Shown here: in pieces, positions 38,410-48,761 of the stretch
Layout of the letters: the number at the start of each line of letters is the position of its first letter
Numbering within the stretch: the stretch's first letter is position 1
From: Acidobacteriota bacterium
GTDB lineage: Bacteria > Acidobacteriota > CAIWXX01
Assembly: GCA_040755995.1 (NCBI GenBank)
Contig: JBFMAF010000038.1
Span: 12,352 to 76,351, forward strand
Direction: 5' to 3'
Length of the DNA: 64,000 nucleotides
Translations under genes and position numbers: made by a program
Notes under the pieces: model-generated
What the model was told of the DNA's origin: nothing
What the model saw: the letters and a program-made list of their open reading frames with translations, nothing else
Databases searched by the model: none

Positions 38410-39267
38410 ATGGCCAGAGAAAGAAGTGGGATATCGTCGATGGGAACAGTGGGGACCTTTCTCAGAGTCGGGTCATGTTCTGAGACGCTTTTCAATGTTC
38501 TCGACCGCGCATTCGAACACCCGTTGAAGCAGGAAGAGCGCGCATCCATGCCCTTTGTGGGCGGATTGATGCGGCATGGATACCAGTGCGGCATGATCTG
38601 GGGCGCCACGCTCGCCGCAGGGGCACGGGCATATCGACTTCTTGGCCCCGGCCCGCAGGCTGAAGCTGCAGCAGTTGTCACGGCGCAGAGGCTTGTCGAG
38701 TCCTTCCGTGCTCGCAACAAGCATATCAATTGCCTCGAGATAACTGAGTTGGACAAATCGTCATCGACTATGCAGATGATCATGTTTTTCCTCATAAAGG
38801 GCGGGACCATAGGCTGCTTTCGCATGGCCGCAGGGTATGCACGGGAGGCATTCAGCGAGATAAGTACAGCTCTCTCCGAAAAGCGTATCGAAGCGCCCTC
38901 CCCTCCCGTAAGCTGCTCGGCAATGCTGGCACGAAAGACGGGTGCAGCCGACATGCATACGGTGATGGCGGCTGGACTTGCGGGCGGTATCGGCTTGAGC
39001 GGAGGAGCCTGTGGAGCATTGGGAGCCGCAATATGGCTTCTCGGATTGGACTGCCTCCACCAAGGTACCGATGACAATGTCTGGAAATCAAGTGTATTTC
39101 AATCGAGGGCCGCTGAGACGATTGATAGATTCTTGAAATGCACCGATCATACATTCGAGTGCTCCGAAATAGTCGGTCGGAGGTTTGAGGACGTAGAGGA
39201 CCATGCGGGTTACTTACGCGAGGGAGGCTGCTCGAAGATTGTCGAAGTATTGACCACTCACAGGTAG
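38410..39267 (+). CDS. C-GCAxxG-C-C family putative redox protein (duplicated domain)
   Basis: CSE...QCGMIWG...INC; second domain SCS...GGACGALG...FEC...C. Confidence 0.75.
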   Translation: MARERSGISSMGTVGTFLRVGSCSETLFNVLDRAFEHPLKQEERASMPFVGGLMRHGYQCGMIWGATLAAGARAYRLLGPGPQAEAAAVVTAQRLVESFRARNKHINCLEITELDKSSSTMQMIMFFLIKGGTIGCFRMAAGYAREAFSEISTALSEKRIEAPSPPVSCSAMLARKTGAADMHTVMAAGLAGGIGLSGGACGALGAAIWLLGLDCLHQGTDDNVWKSSVFQSRAAETIDRFLKCTDHTFECSEIVGRRFEDVEDHAGYLREGGCSKIVEVLTTHR

Positions 39268-39275
39268 GATAGTAG

Positions 39276-39470
39276 TTAATCCAGTGCGGTGCATAGGTAC
39301 CGTCTCGGATCTCGTCCAGCATCCGTTTCATCTTCTCCCGCGTTGCGTCGTTGACCACCCGCTGTCCGCCGGGGTAGTCCCCGTGCTCGGCCGTGTCGCC
39401 CACCGAGTCTCATGTAGTTGAGCCCGCCGGGGAACATCAGGTCGACGATCAGCTTCAGCTCGCGCAGAAC
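39276..39470 (-). pseudogene. ilvC: ketol-acid reductoisomerase C-terminal fragment
   Basis: ELKLIVDLMFPGGLNYMR (frameshift) VGDTAEHGDY...MKRMLDEIRDGTYA..W. Confidence 0.8.
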
Positions 39471-39545
39471 CGCAGTGATGCATGTGCCATCCTCTCTCGT
39501 GGCTCGGGGCGGTGCACGGGCTGAGTTTCGCGCCGCCCGACACGC

Positions 39546-42113
39546 TCACCGCGCTCCCTCGACGAGGAAGAGGTGTGAGATCGCTCTCTCGCAGACGTAG
39601 GCGTAGCTCTTCTCGTCGGCCGCGACGGCGACGTGGGCAAGCTGGATCACACCTCCGAGGTCGGCCGGCGCAAGTGTCCACACGAGCTCCCGCCGTCCGC
39701 TCTCGACGTCGACGCGCTCGACTCGGAGCGGGATCTCGCCCGACCGGTAGGCGAGCACCGAACGCCCGTTACGGGACCAGCGGATGGCCTTGTCCTCTGG
39801 CCCTGTGCCGGGAACAGAGCGCCCCTCCCCACCCGCCACGGGGTAGACCACGAATCCGCCCCCGATCGCGCTCACGAGGATCGAGCGTGCGTCCGGGGAG
39901 ACGATGCCGTTCGTCATTCCGTCGGGCGTGACTTGTCGAGGCGTGTCCCCGGCGAAATGCTGCACGTAGCACCGTGTCGTGCCCCCCGCCTCGTGGCCAC
40001 AGACAAGGGCGGCTCTCCCGTCCGGAAAGAACTTCGCCGAATCGAACACGTCTATTCCGCCCCTGTCGAGCTGCCGCGCCTCCCCCGCTCCGGCCGGATA
40101 GAGCACGAGCTGCTGCGGCGAGGTCGGCACGACGGCGAGGACCGACGTCCCGTCGGGAGAGAGGTCGAAGGAACTTCCGTCGCCAAGCCGGACGACGGGC
40201 GATCCGTCGGTGCCGCGGAGACACAAGGCGTACTGGGGCCCCACGCTCCCGTTCTGCTCGGTGAAGACGATCGTCTTGCCGTCTGTCGAGAGCGCGGGGA
40301 AGTACGAGGAATCGAGCCATTCGAGGCCGCGCTCGACTGACTGGCCGGCACCCAGCACCGGCATCTCGGCCTGGATCTGATCGCGCGTCACGAGCCAACG
40401 GCCGTCGCGAGACGTGTCGCGGATCGTGAGGCTGCCGGCGGTCTCGATCGCGACGCGGACCCGGCCCGAGAGCGAGACGGCGTTCACGGCGAAGTCCGCG
40501 AACGAAGTGCCGCGCGAGAAGAGCACTTCTCCGCCGCCCGGCGTCCACGCCAGGCCTTCCACGCCCCAGTAGACCGGGGTCAAGATAGTCTTCCGGCCGG
40601 AGAGGTCCAGGACGGCGACGTTCCCCTGGTCGTCCCACTTGGCGCCGTGCTCGACGAAGGCGATGCGATCTCCGTGCGGGGAGAACCGAACGTCGCTGAA
40701 GTAGCCTCCCGTCTCGCACAAGACCTTGCCAATCGGGAACTCCAGCCGGTCCTTCCCACCGGCCTCGCGGATCACCGCCAGCCCGCCGCCGTCCGGCGAC
40801 CAGTCCGCCTCGCGCACGTTCTCGAGCACGTCCCGCGGAGCGCCGCCTTCGAGCGGCATGCGCGCGAGTGTCCCGTGAAAGAGGTTGTGGCCAATGAACC
40901 GCGCCCGCGTCAGCACCGCCAGCTCACCCTTCGACGAGACGGCGAGCAGCTGCGCGCCGCGGAGCCCGATCGGCTTCGGGTCGGGGAAATCGGCGCGGAC
41001 GGTGAAGAGCTCCGGCGTGTTTCCCTGCAAGGCCGCGCTGAAAACGATCGTGCGCCCGTCCGGAGTGGCGCGCGCGGCGAAGATCGCCTGCCGCCGCAGC
41101 GTGAGCTGCCTGTAAGAGACGGCGTGTGGCGCCCGCACCGCCCGCACCGTCGCGTAGACGGCTGCGGCCGCCACGGCCAGGAGCGCGACGACCGCGACCC
41201 GGAGCGCCCGGCGAGCCTGTGGTCTCCCGCTGGCCCTCGCGCTTCCCGCCGCGGACGACGAGACCGGCGAGAGCGCCTCCAGGTCGAAGGCCAGGTCGCG
41301 CGCTGACTGGAAGCGCTGCTCCGGCTGCTTCTCCAGGCAGTGGCGCACCACCCGATCGAGGCCCGGCGCGATCCCAGGGTTGGTGATGGAGAGGTCCGGC
41401 GGATCCTGTAGCAGGATCGCCGAGAGGCTGTCAGCGGCCGTCGCTCCGCGGAACGCCCTCCGGCCCGAAAGCATCTCGTAGAGCATCGCGCCGAAGGAGA
41501 AGATGTCGGTGCGGTGGTCCACGGTCTGGCCGCGCACCTGCTCGGGAGACATGTACCCCACGGTGCCCATCACCGTTCCCGGCTCGGTGGCCAGCCGTTC
41601 CGTGGGCGCGCTCGTTTCCTCCTCGCCGTGACGGCGCGCCGTCTTCGCGAGCCCGAAATCGAGGATTTTGACGTGCCCCTCCCGGGTGACTACGACGTTC
41701 TCGGGCTTCAGGTCGCGGTGGACTATCCCCTTCTCGTGCGCGGCCGCGAGGCCCTCGGCGATCTCGCACCCGTAGGCGAGGCACTTGCGTTGCGGAATCG
41801 GCCCGGCAGCCAGCGTCTCACGCAGCGTCTCGCCTTCCAGCAGCTCCGTGACCGCGTACGCGGTGCCGTCGTGTGTCCCGAAGTCGAAGATCGAAAGGAT
41901 GTTCGGGTGCGAGAGCGCGGCCACCGCGCGCGCCTCGCGCTCGAAGCGGGCGAGGGCACCGGCGTCCTCGGCGAGCGATGCCGGCAGGACCTTGATCGCG
42001 ACCTCGCGTTCCAGCTTCGTGTCGCGCGCTCTGTAGACCTCGCCCATCCCGCCCGCGCCGAGAGGGGCGACGATCTCGTAAGGCCCCAGTCGTGTACCTG
42101 GCTCGAGGCTCAC
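39546..42113 (-). CDS. Hanks-type Ser/Thr kinase with TM segment and TolB/WD40-like beta-propeller
   Basis: [42 protein letters not shown]-type repeats. Confidence 0.95.
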   Translation of the reverse strand: MSLEPGTRLGPYEIVAPLGAGGMGEVYRARDTKLEREVAIKVLPASLAEDAGALARFEREARAVAALSHPNILSIFDFGTHDGTAYAVTELLEGETLRETLAAGPIPQRKCLAYGCEIAEGLAAAHEKGIVHRDLKPENVVVTREGHVKILDFGLAKTARRHGEEETSAPTERLATEPGTVMGTVGYMSPEQVRGQTVDHRTDIFSFGAMLYEMLSGRRAFRGATAADSLSAILLQDPPDLSITNPGIAPGLDRVVRHCLEKQPEQRFQSARDLAFDLEALSPVSSSAAGSARASGRPQARRALRVAVVALLAVAAAAVYATVRAVRAPHAVSYRQLTLRRQAIFAARATPDGRTIVFSAALQGNTPELFTVRADFPDPKPIGLRGAQLLAVSSKGELAVLTRARFIGHNLFHGTLARMPLEGGAPRDVLENVREADWSPDGGGLAVIREAGGKDRLEFPIGKVLCETGGYFSDVRFSPHGDRIAFVEHGAKWDDQGNVAVLDLSGRKTILTPVYWGVEGLAWTPGGGEVLFSRGTSFADFAVNAVSLSGRVRVAIETAGSLTIRDTSRDGRWLVTRDQIQAEMPVLGAGQSVERGLEWLDSSYFPALSTDGKTIVFTEQNGSVGPQYALCLRGTDGSPVVRLGDGSSFDLSPDGTSVLAVVPTSPQQLVLYPAGAGEARQLDRGGIDVFDSAKFFPDGRAALVCGHEAGGTTRCYVQHFAGDTPRQVTPDGMTNGIVSPDARSILVSAIGGGFVVYPVAGGEGRSVPGTGPEDKAIRWSRNGRSVLAYRSGEIPLRVERVDVESGRRELVWTLAPADLGGVIQLAHVAVAADEKSYAYVCERAISHLFLVEGAR

Positions 42114-42311
42114 CGCGCCCGCTCCGCCGGCAAGAGGTGCGAGATCGCTCTCGTGAAGGCGTAGAAGGGGCGCGTTCGCAGCGATTGGCTGTGGATCATC
42201 GCTAGTACGGCTTGAGGCGAAAAACACGTTGCGATTGAGTCGCATTCTTGGGGCGGTGCCTCATTGGCCCTCAATTCCCACGGTTCTGACTTTCGACCTT
42301 CGACTCTCGAC

Positions 42312-42368
42312 GCGAGGCTCCGCCGCACCAGCCGCGACATGCCTCGTCTGTCTGAGGCGGAGCCTCGC
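42312..42368. repeat. 13-bp inverted repeat (REP-like)
   Basis: gcgaggctccgcc ... ggcggagcctcgc in the intergenic region. Confidence 0.5.
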
Positions 42369-42535
42369 TAAAGGGTAAGGCTGAGGTGTCTTGATGTCAA
42401 GTGTTCCTGGGAGCCCCGAGACCGCCATCACATGCTATTTGCGCGCAATCGATCCAATACAGATATGGGTAAACTGGCTTCGGAGATGTTGGAACGGACG
42501 CCTGTCCCGGAGGCGGCAGTCTAGGGCGCGCCGGG

Positions 42536-44008
42536 ATGCTGGTCTTCAGGAATTTGCCCACTGTGATGATCGGAATCCCCCGCCGTTCACCCGGCGTGAC
42601 CATCGCCGGTCAGACATCGCCGGGCGGGATCATCGTCCGGGGATTCCATACGACCGAAGAGCCGTTCATCGATCAGGAGGTCGGCCGGATCAACGATCCG
42701 GACGTGCGCCACGCGGAGAACTGGATCTTGCGGCACATTCGATCCAGACCCGCCGGAAGCGGGCTGGATGACGGCCTTCGCATCCGCTACACGAAGAACG
42801 CAATCGTCGATCATTGCTCTATTGCGAACGCCGACGATGAGACCGTCGAGATCTCATTCGCGAGTAACATCACGGTGCAGAACTGCATCTTCGCTGAGAA
42901 CATCAGCGAGCACTACATTTACGGTGGCATGCTGATCAACTACACGAACCCGGCGGACGGGTTTCCGCTGGACCGGCTGAGCATTCATCACAACACGTGG
43001 AACCGGATCGAGGGACGGATGCCGGAGCTGTCCCGCGGCTCGCCGGCGGCCGGCGGGACATACATGGACATCGAGCTCGCGAACAACCTGCTCTGGGACC
43101 CGGGCTACTTCATAGACGTCAACCAGACGACCATTTCCGGCACGGGCGACGGCGATCCGGTCTACTACCACCTGAACTGGATCGGCAACTATGCGTATGC
43201 CCGGGGAGACTTCCCGTACGGGATGATATGGTTCCCCGTGAACGATCCGAATCACAGCACGATATACTTCGGCGACAACCGCATGAACCTCTACGGCGAT
43301 CGGTATGACTACGGATTGATCTACTGCTGCAACGATTACCCATCGGCAAGTGTTGAGAACGATCCGCCCTCCTATGCGCGACAGGCGCGCCACCCGTTCC
43401 CGCCGATCACCTACCAGCCGAGCTCGGGCCTGCGCGCGTACATGCAGGCGAGCGCCGGAGCTTTCCCGCGGGATCCGATGGACAGGAGGCTGATGGGGCC
43501 GGTCGGAACCGGTGTGATCGATCCGGCGCCGCGCAACCGGAATCAGCATCACGATGCCTTCGCCGTGGACTGGACGACACCGCCCCCCGCGCCTCAGGAT
43601 AGCGACTCGGACGGAATGCCGGATAGCTGGGAGACCGCCCACGGGCTCGATCCGACCCGCCAGGACCACAACGGAACCGTGCTTTCGCCGCTCGGGTACA
43701 CCAACCTCGAGGTCTATCTGAACGAGCTGGCGGGGACACCGGTGGGTGATCCGGCGCTGCGCATAACGCGCGTCACGAGCAGGAAAGGCGCGCCTGGAAG
43801 CTCTGCGAGCATCCTTGGCTCCGGATTCGGAGCTGACAGGAGTGTCGTCGGCGCGTGGTTCGGATCGACCGGCGCAAGAGTGAAGGGTGTCACACCGGCG
43901 AAGATCCAGGTCACTGTCCCACGATCTCTACGCCGGGGCCAGACGGTCGGAGTCCACGTCAGCGTCGCTGGAGTTCCCAGCAACACGGTGCGGTTCCGAG
44001 TGAGATAG
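42536..44008 (+). CDS. pectate-lyase-like beta-helix protein with DxDxDG repeat and IPT/TIG domain; N-terminus apparently missing
   Basis: TIAGQTSPGG, IVDHCS, DE, SIHHN, RMP, DSDSDGMPDSWETAHGLDP, YTNLEVYLN; no signal peptide. Confidence 0.75.
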   Translation: MLVFRNLPTVMIGIPRRSPGVTIAGQTSPGGIIVRGFHTTEEPFIDQEVGRINDPDVRHAENWILRHIRSRPAGSGLDDGLRIRYTKNAIVDHCSIANADDETVEISFASNITVQNCIFAENISEHYIYGGMLINYTNPADGFPLDRLSIHHNTWNRIEGRMPELSRGSPAAGGTYMDIELANNLLWDPGYFIDVNQTTISGTGDGDPVYYHLNWIGNYAYARGDFPYGMIWFPVNDPNHSTIYFGDNRMNLYGDRYDYGLIYCCNDYPSASVENDPPSYARQARHPFPPITYQPSSGLRAYMQASAGAFPRDPMDRRLMGPVGTGVIDPAPRNRNQHHDAFAVDWTTPPPAPQDSDSDGMPDSWETAHGLDPTRQDHNGTVLSPLGYTNLEVYLNELAGTPVGDPALRITRVTSRKGAPGSSASILGSGFGADRSVVGAWFGSTGARVKGVTPAKIQVTVPRSLRRGQTVGVHVSVAGVPSNTVRFRVR

Positions 44009-44068
44009 CGGTCGGCGGGCGCGGCCGCCGCGCCTTCGCATGCTTCATCGGTCCGAGACAGCTCCTCG

Positions 44069-44401
44069 CTAGTCGCCGTGGTCTACGACGAACTCCCACG
44101 CGTGGCCCGAGAGCTTCAGCGCCTTGTACACCGAGGTGGTCATGTGGCGCAAGACCAGCTTCAGGTTCCGCTTCTCGGCGGTTTCGCGCAGCTCGAGGAG
44201 TCCCCGCAGGCCGTCGCCATCCAGGTGATCGACGTCGGCGAAGCTAAGAACAAGGCGCTCCACCTCCTTCGGGATCATCTCCATCACCCGCGTCTCGATG
44301 AAGTCGATCACGTCGCGATCGAAGGTGGCCGAAGGGATGCTCAGGAGAACGGAGTCTTTACCGGTCGGCTTCAGGACCTCGTTGGCATCTATCTCAATCA
44401 T
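44069..44401 (-). CDS. STAS-domain (anti-sigma antagonist-like) protein
   Basis: LVLSFADVDHLDGDGLRGLL...VYKALKLSG. Confidence 0.75.
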   Translation of the reverse strand: MIEIDANEVLKPTGKDSVLLSIPSATFDRDVIDFIETRVMEMIPKEVERLVLSFADVDHLDGDGLRGLLELRETAEKRNLKLVLRHMTTSVYKALKLSGHAWEFVVDHGD

Positions 44402-44419
44402 CTCTGGCTCTCCTTCCGA

Positions 44420-47032
44420 TCAGATTCCCTTGCCGTGGTACGCGTCGCGGAAGAGGTTCATGAGCTCCTTGGCCAACGGGAACCGCGGGTTGCTGCGGCC
44501 GCTCGGGTCGTCCGCAGCGATCTTCACCATCTCGCTGAGATTGTCCTCGAGCTTCTCCTCGCTGACCCCAAGCCCCGCAATCGTGCTCGGTACGTCGACC
44601 TCCTTCATCAACCACAAGATCTTGTCGATGAGCTTGTCGACCTTCTGCGGGACGGTCTTCCCGCCGAGCCCGAGGAAGTCCGAGATCGCCGCGTATTTCT
44701 TGTCGGCGATGTATGACTTCACGTTCGGGAACGGCATGAACTTGGTTGGAATGGCGGCGTTGTAGCGGATCGTGTACGGCAGGAACACAGCGTTCGCCCG
44801 GCCGTGAGAGATCTTGAACCGCGCTCCGAGCGCGTGAGCGAGGCTGTGGTTGATCCCCACGAACGCCGAGGAGATCGCGATGCCCGCCATGCACGCCGCG
44901 TTGGCCATCTTCGCACGCGCTTCTTCGTCCTTCCCGTTCTTGTAGGCCGTCGGGAGGTACTCGAAGACGAGCCGCAACGCCTGCAGCGCGAGCGCGTCCG
45001 TGTACTCAGACCAGAAGATCGACACGTACGACTCGATCGCGTGTGTCAGGCAGTCGAGACCGGTGTCGGCCGTCATGCCGGGAGGCATCGACATCGTCAT
45101 CTCGGGATCGATGATTGCGATGTCGGGCGACAGCGAGTAGTCGCCCAGCGTCACCTTGAGGTTGTCCTTCGACGTATCCGAGATCACGGCGAACGGCGTG
45201 ACTTCCGACCCGGTGCCGCTGCTCGTCGGAATCGCGATGAGGCGCGCCTTGTTGCCGCCGGTCGGGTACTCGGCCACCCGCTTCCGCGGATCCAGGAACG
45301 GAACGCTCAGCGACTCGAACTTGAGATCCGGGTGCTCGTGGAACAGCCGCATCGCCTTGGCGGCGTCGATCACCGACCCGCCGCCGATCGCGATGATCAC
45401 GTCGGGCTGGTAGCGCTGGAGCACCCGAACTCCCAATGCGATCGTCTCGTAGGTGGGCTCGACCTCGACCCCCGTGAACGAATGCACGTGCATATTGGTC
45501 TTCAGGTGCTTGCGCACGCGGTCGACCAGCCCGAGGCGTTCCAGCACGCTCTGCGTCACGATGATCGCCGTCTTGCCCTCGATCGTCCGCAGGTTCTCGA
45601 TGGAGTTCTTGTTGAAGTAGATCTGGTTCGGCACGCGGAACCACTGGTGAGCCGGCGTGCGCGACGCGACTCTCTTGATGTTCATAAGGTGATGGACGTT
45701 GACGTTCTCGATCGTGATGTTGCCGCCTCCGGTCCCGCACCCGAATGAGAACGTCGGCACCAGGTCATTGTACACACCACCCAGCGCGCCGATCGAGGCG
45801 GGCGAGTTGACGATGATGCGACCGGCGTTGATCGCCTTCGCGAATTCTTCGATCACCGGCTCGTTCTCGGAGAAAATGCTGGCGGTATGCCCCAGCCCGC
45901 CGAAGTGGCTCACGTCAAGCGACAGGTTGATCGCCTCGCGCGGCGACTTCACCGGGATCACTCCCAGCACCGGGCAGAGCTTCTCGACCGACAGCGGGTG
46001 TTCGCGCCCGACGCCGCACAGCGGCGCAATGAGCAGCTTCGTCTCGGGCGGCACCCTCAGGCCGATGAAGCTCGCGATCTCCGTGGCCTTCTTGCCGACG
46101 GCCAGCGGCTGGCACATCAGCTTCTCGCGGTCCACCAGCGTCCCTTCGAGCTGCTCGACCTCCTCCGGCGAACAGATGTACGCGCCGAGGTTCTTGAACT
46201 TGTCCAGCACCGCGGGGTAGATCTCTTCGTCCACCATGACGGTCTGCTCGGATGCGCAGATCGTCCCGTTGTCGAACGTCTTGGAAACGATGATGTCTAC
46301 GACCGCCATGTCGATGTTGGCGGATTTCTCGATGTAGACGGGGGTGTTGCCGGAGCCGACGCCGAGCGCCGGCTTGCCGGAGCTGTAGGCCGCCCTGACC
46401 AGGCTCGGGCCTCCCGTCCCCCAGATCAGCGACACGTGCTTGTGGCGCATCATGTACTGCGTGTCCTGGATTGACGGAGAATCTATCCACTGGATCGTCC
46501 CCTTTGGCGCACCGTTTCTCTCGGTAGCCTCCGCCATGACGCGCGCGGCCTCGTTCGAGCATGCGCAGGCGCGGAAATGAGGGTTCACGATTACCGCGTT
46601 GCGCGTCTTGAGAGAGAGGATCGACTTGAACAACACGGTGGAGGTCGGGTTCGTGATCGGCGTGACGGCGAGTATGACGCCGATGGGCTCGGCCACTTCC
46701 TTCAGGTTCCGGTCCGGGTACTCCCGTATGACGCCCACCGTCTTCACGTCCTTGATGTAGTTCCAGACGAATTCGGTGGCCACCATGTTCTTGATGACCT
46801 TGTCCTCGATGAGGCCTATGCCGGTCTCGAGAACGGCCAGGCCTGCCAGGTTCTGTGCCTCCTCCAGGCCCGCCAGCACCATCTCCCTGGCAATCCGGTC
46901 GACCTGCTCCTGCGAAAACTGCGACAGGATCGCCGCGGCCACGCGCGCATTCTCGACGAGCGAATCCAAATGCTCGCGTCGCCGCCGTGTCTCCTCCTCG
47001 ATCAAATTCGCGTCAATTGGCTCAGTAGCCAT
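44420..47032 (-). CDS. adhE: bifunctional acetaldehyde-CoA/alcohol dehydrogenase
   Basis: TPITNPTST, SKTFDNGTICASEQ, EKLCP, GGGSVIDAAK, PTSSGTGSEVT, HSLAH. Confidence 0.96.
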   Translation of the reverse strand: MATEPIDANLIEEETRRRREHLDSLVENARVAAAILSQFSQEQVDRIAREMVLAGLEEAQNLAGLAVLETGIGLIEDKVIKNMVATEFVWNYIKDVKTVGVIREYPDRNLKEVAEPIGVILAVTPITNPTSTVLFKSILSLKTRNAVIVNPHFRACACSNEAARVMAEATERNGAPKGTIQWIDSPSIQDTQYMMRHKHVSLIWGTGGPSLVRAAYSSGKPALGVGSGNTPVYIEKSANIDMAVVDIIVSKTFDNGTICASEQTVMVDEEIYPAVLDKFKNLGAYICSPEEVEQLEGTLVDREKLMCQPLAVGKKATEIASFIGLRVPPETKLLIAPLCGVGREHPLSVEKLCPVLGVIPVKSPREAINLSLDVSHFGGLGHTASIFSENEPVIEEFAKAINAGRIIVNSPASIGALGGVYNDLVPTFSFGCGTGGGNITIENVNVHHLMNIKRVASRTPAHQWFRVPNQIYFNKNSIENLRTIEGKTAIIVTQSVLERLGLVDRVRKHLKTNMHVHSFTGVEVEPTYETIALGVRVLQRYQPDVIIAIGGGSVIDAAKAMRLFHEHPDLKFESLSVPFLDPRKRVAEYPTGGNKARLIAIPTSSGTGSEVTPFAVISDTSKDNLKVTLGDYSLSPDIAIIDPEMTMSMPPGMTADTGLDCLTHAIESYVSIFWSEYTDALALQALRLVFEYLPTAYKNGKDEEARAKMANAACMAGIAISSAFVGINHSLAHALGARFKISHGRANAVFLPYTIRYNAAIPTKFMPFPNVKSYIADKKYAAISDFLGLGGKTVPQKVDKLIDKILWLMKEVDVPSTIAGLGVSEEKLEDNLSEMVKIAADDPSGRSNPRFPLAKELMNLFRDAYHGKGI

Positions 47033-47248
47033 GTAACACCTCTCATCCTGAAGTTCGCCAAGTTCAGCAGATAACGTAGCACATGATCTCGAACCTTTCA
47101 AAGGGAAACTGTGCGTCGTGCGCGCCCAACGCACTGCGTCAGAATCGCAGCACGCTGCGAAACTCGGATTGGGGGCAGTCCATCCACGGGCAGTTGAAAT
47201 CCCGCAGCCCGGCGAATATGCTCTGACTAGGTGAATGGAGCGGAGTTC

Positions 47249-47878
47249 ATGAGCACAGAGGTCTCATTCGAAGACATAAAGCAGATGTTCCGGGAGACTG
47301 ACCGGAAGTTCCAGGAGACCGACCGGAAGTTCCAGGAGACTGACCGGAAGTTTGAGCAGACTGACCGGAAGTTTAAGGAGACTGACCGGAAGTTTAAGGA
47401 GACTGACCGGAAGTTCCAGGAGACGGCGCAGAGGCTGCGCGAGGTCGGCGAACAGGTGGGCGGGCTGGGCAATCGTCTGGGCGAATTCGTCGAGGGGGTA
47501 GTGCGGCCGGGACTGGTTAGAATCTTCCGCGAACGCGGTATCGATGTCATGGAGACGCACCGTGATCTGGAGGCCACGCGCCGAGGTCTGTCCGCGCAGA
47601 TAGATATTCTTGTCGTGAACGACGCGGACGTGGTCGCGGTGGAAGTGAAGTCGAAGCTGCGGACCGAAGACGTGGACGAGCACATCGAGCGGCTGGGGAA
47701 GTTCCGTGCGCTCTTTCCGCGTTATGCGGATGCGAGATTGCTCGGAGCGCTGGCCGCGATGGTCGTAAGCGACGAGGCGCTCGCCTACGCGAGCCGGAAG
47801 GGCATGTTCGTGATAGGGCAGCGCGGAGATGCGGCTGCGATTCTGAATCCGGAGGGATTCAAGCCGGCCGAATGGTGA
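47249..47878 (+). CDS. coiled-coil plus PD-(D/E)XK nuclease-like protein (DUF3782-like)
   Basis: ETDRKF heptads, GLGNRLGEFVE, QIDILVVN...VEVKSKL...DVDEH. Confidence 0.85.
   Translation: MSTEVSFEDIKQMFRETDRKFQETDRKFQETDRKFEQTDRKFKETDRKFKETDRKFQETAQRLREVGEQVGGLGNRLGEFVEGVVRPGLVRIFRERGIDVMETHRDLEATRRGLSAQIDILVVNDADVVAVEVKSKLRTEDVDEHIERLGKFRALFPRYADARLLGALAAMVVSDEALAYASRKGMFVIGQRGDAAAILNPEGFKPAEW
47294..47419 (+). repeat. 21-bp tandem repeat x6 (in-frame VNTR)
   Basis: gagactgaccggaagttccag variants encoding ETDRKF(Q/E/K). Confidence 0.95.
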
Positions 47879-48095
47879 GTGTCCAGCGAGTCCGCCCCCG
47901 GCGAGTGGACTCGCGTGTCGAATTCGATCCCCCTGTAGCCCACGCCGAACGGGCAGCGCCCTCCGGGACCGGTGGAGATCCCGCCCAATCAGCGGCCGCG
48001 CCGCACACCCTTGGCGCCGGATCGGCGGCCGGCTGCTTTGACAGCTCTGGAACTTGGCCATAGAATGAGTGCTGAACTTAGCTGGTGAGGTGTAT

Positions 48096-48665
48096 ATGAA
48101 GAGGATGAGTCTCATCCCGATACTCGTGCTGGCCGTATGCGCGCTGACGGCGTCGGCAGCGGTTTCGCAGACCCTTGCAGAGGTCGCGAAGCAGGAGAGA
48201 GAGAAGAGAAAAGACCAGAAGGGCAAGCCGGCCAAGACCTATACGAATGCCGACCTGGCCAAGCTAACGGGCGGCGCTGTAACGACCGTCTACGCCGACA
48301 CCACCTCCGACGATCTGACGGCCGGCGCCGGCGACGAATCAGCACAACCTGCGGCCGAGGACGAGAAGAAGGACGACAGGGGCGAGACCTATTGGCGGGC
48401 GCGGGCCGAACAGGCACGCGAGGAAGAAGCGCGGGCGAAGGAGCGACTGGAGTTGCTCATAGTGAAGCAGCAGAGTCTCAACGCCGATTTCCTCAACATC
48501 TCGGACCTGGCTCAACGAGACCTGGCCAGCGCCGAACTGCTCCGGCTGAGCGACAAGATCGAGGATGCGCGCGAGGAGGTCGAACGAACGACCCAGGTGA
48601 GGACCGACATCGAGGAAGAAGCGCGGAGGGCCGGTGCCTTGCCGGGCTGGCTACGGGGCGAGTAG
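48096..48665 (+). CDS. secreted coiled-coil hypothetical protein
   Basis: Signal peptide; QTLAEVAKQEREKRK, YTNADL, ETYWRARA, EEEARRAGALPGWLR. Confidence 0.8.
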   Translation: MKRMSLIPILVLAVCALTASAAVSQTLAEVAKQEREKRKDQKGKPAKTYTNADLAKLTGGAVTTVYADTTSDDLTAGAGDESAQPAAEDEKKDDRGETYWRARAEQAREEEARAKERLELLIVKQQSLNADFLNISDLAQRDLASAELLRLSDKIEDAREEVERTTQVRTDIEEEARRAGALPGWLRGE

Positions 48666-48761
48666 CGCTCTGATCCTGCGACAGGACGACATCTGCTGAA
48701 GACACCCAGGAATGCGGCGCGGCGCAAGCCGTAACGAATCTCCCCGTCACTTGGTTCGTCG

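Noticed and set aside
47294..47419. Possible CRISPR array
   Set aside because: The 21-bp units are contiguous with no spacers and lie in frame inside a CDS. No cas genes in the window.
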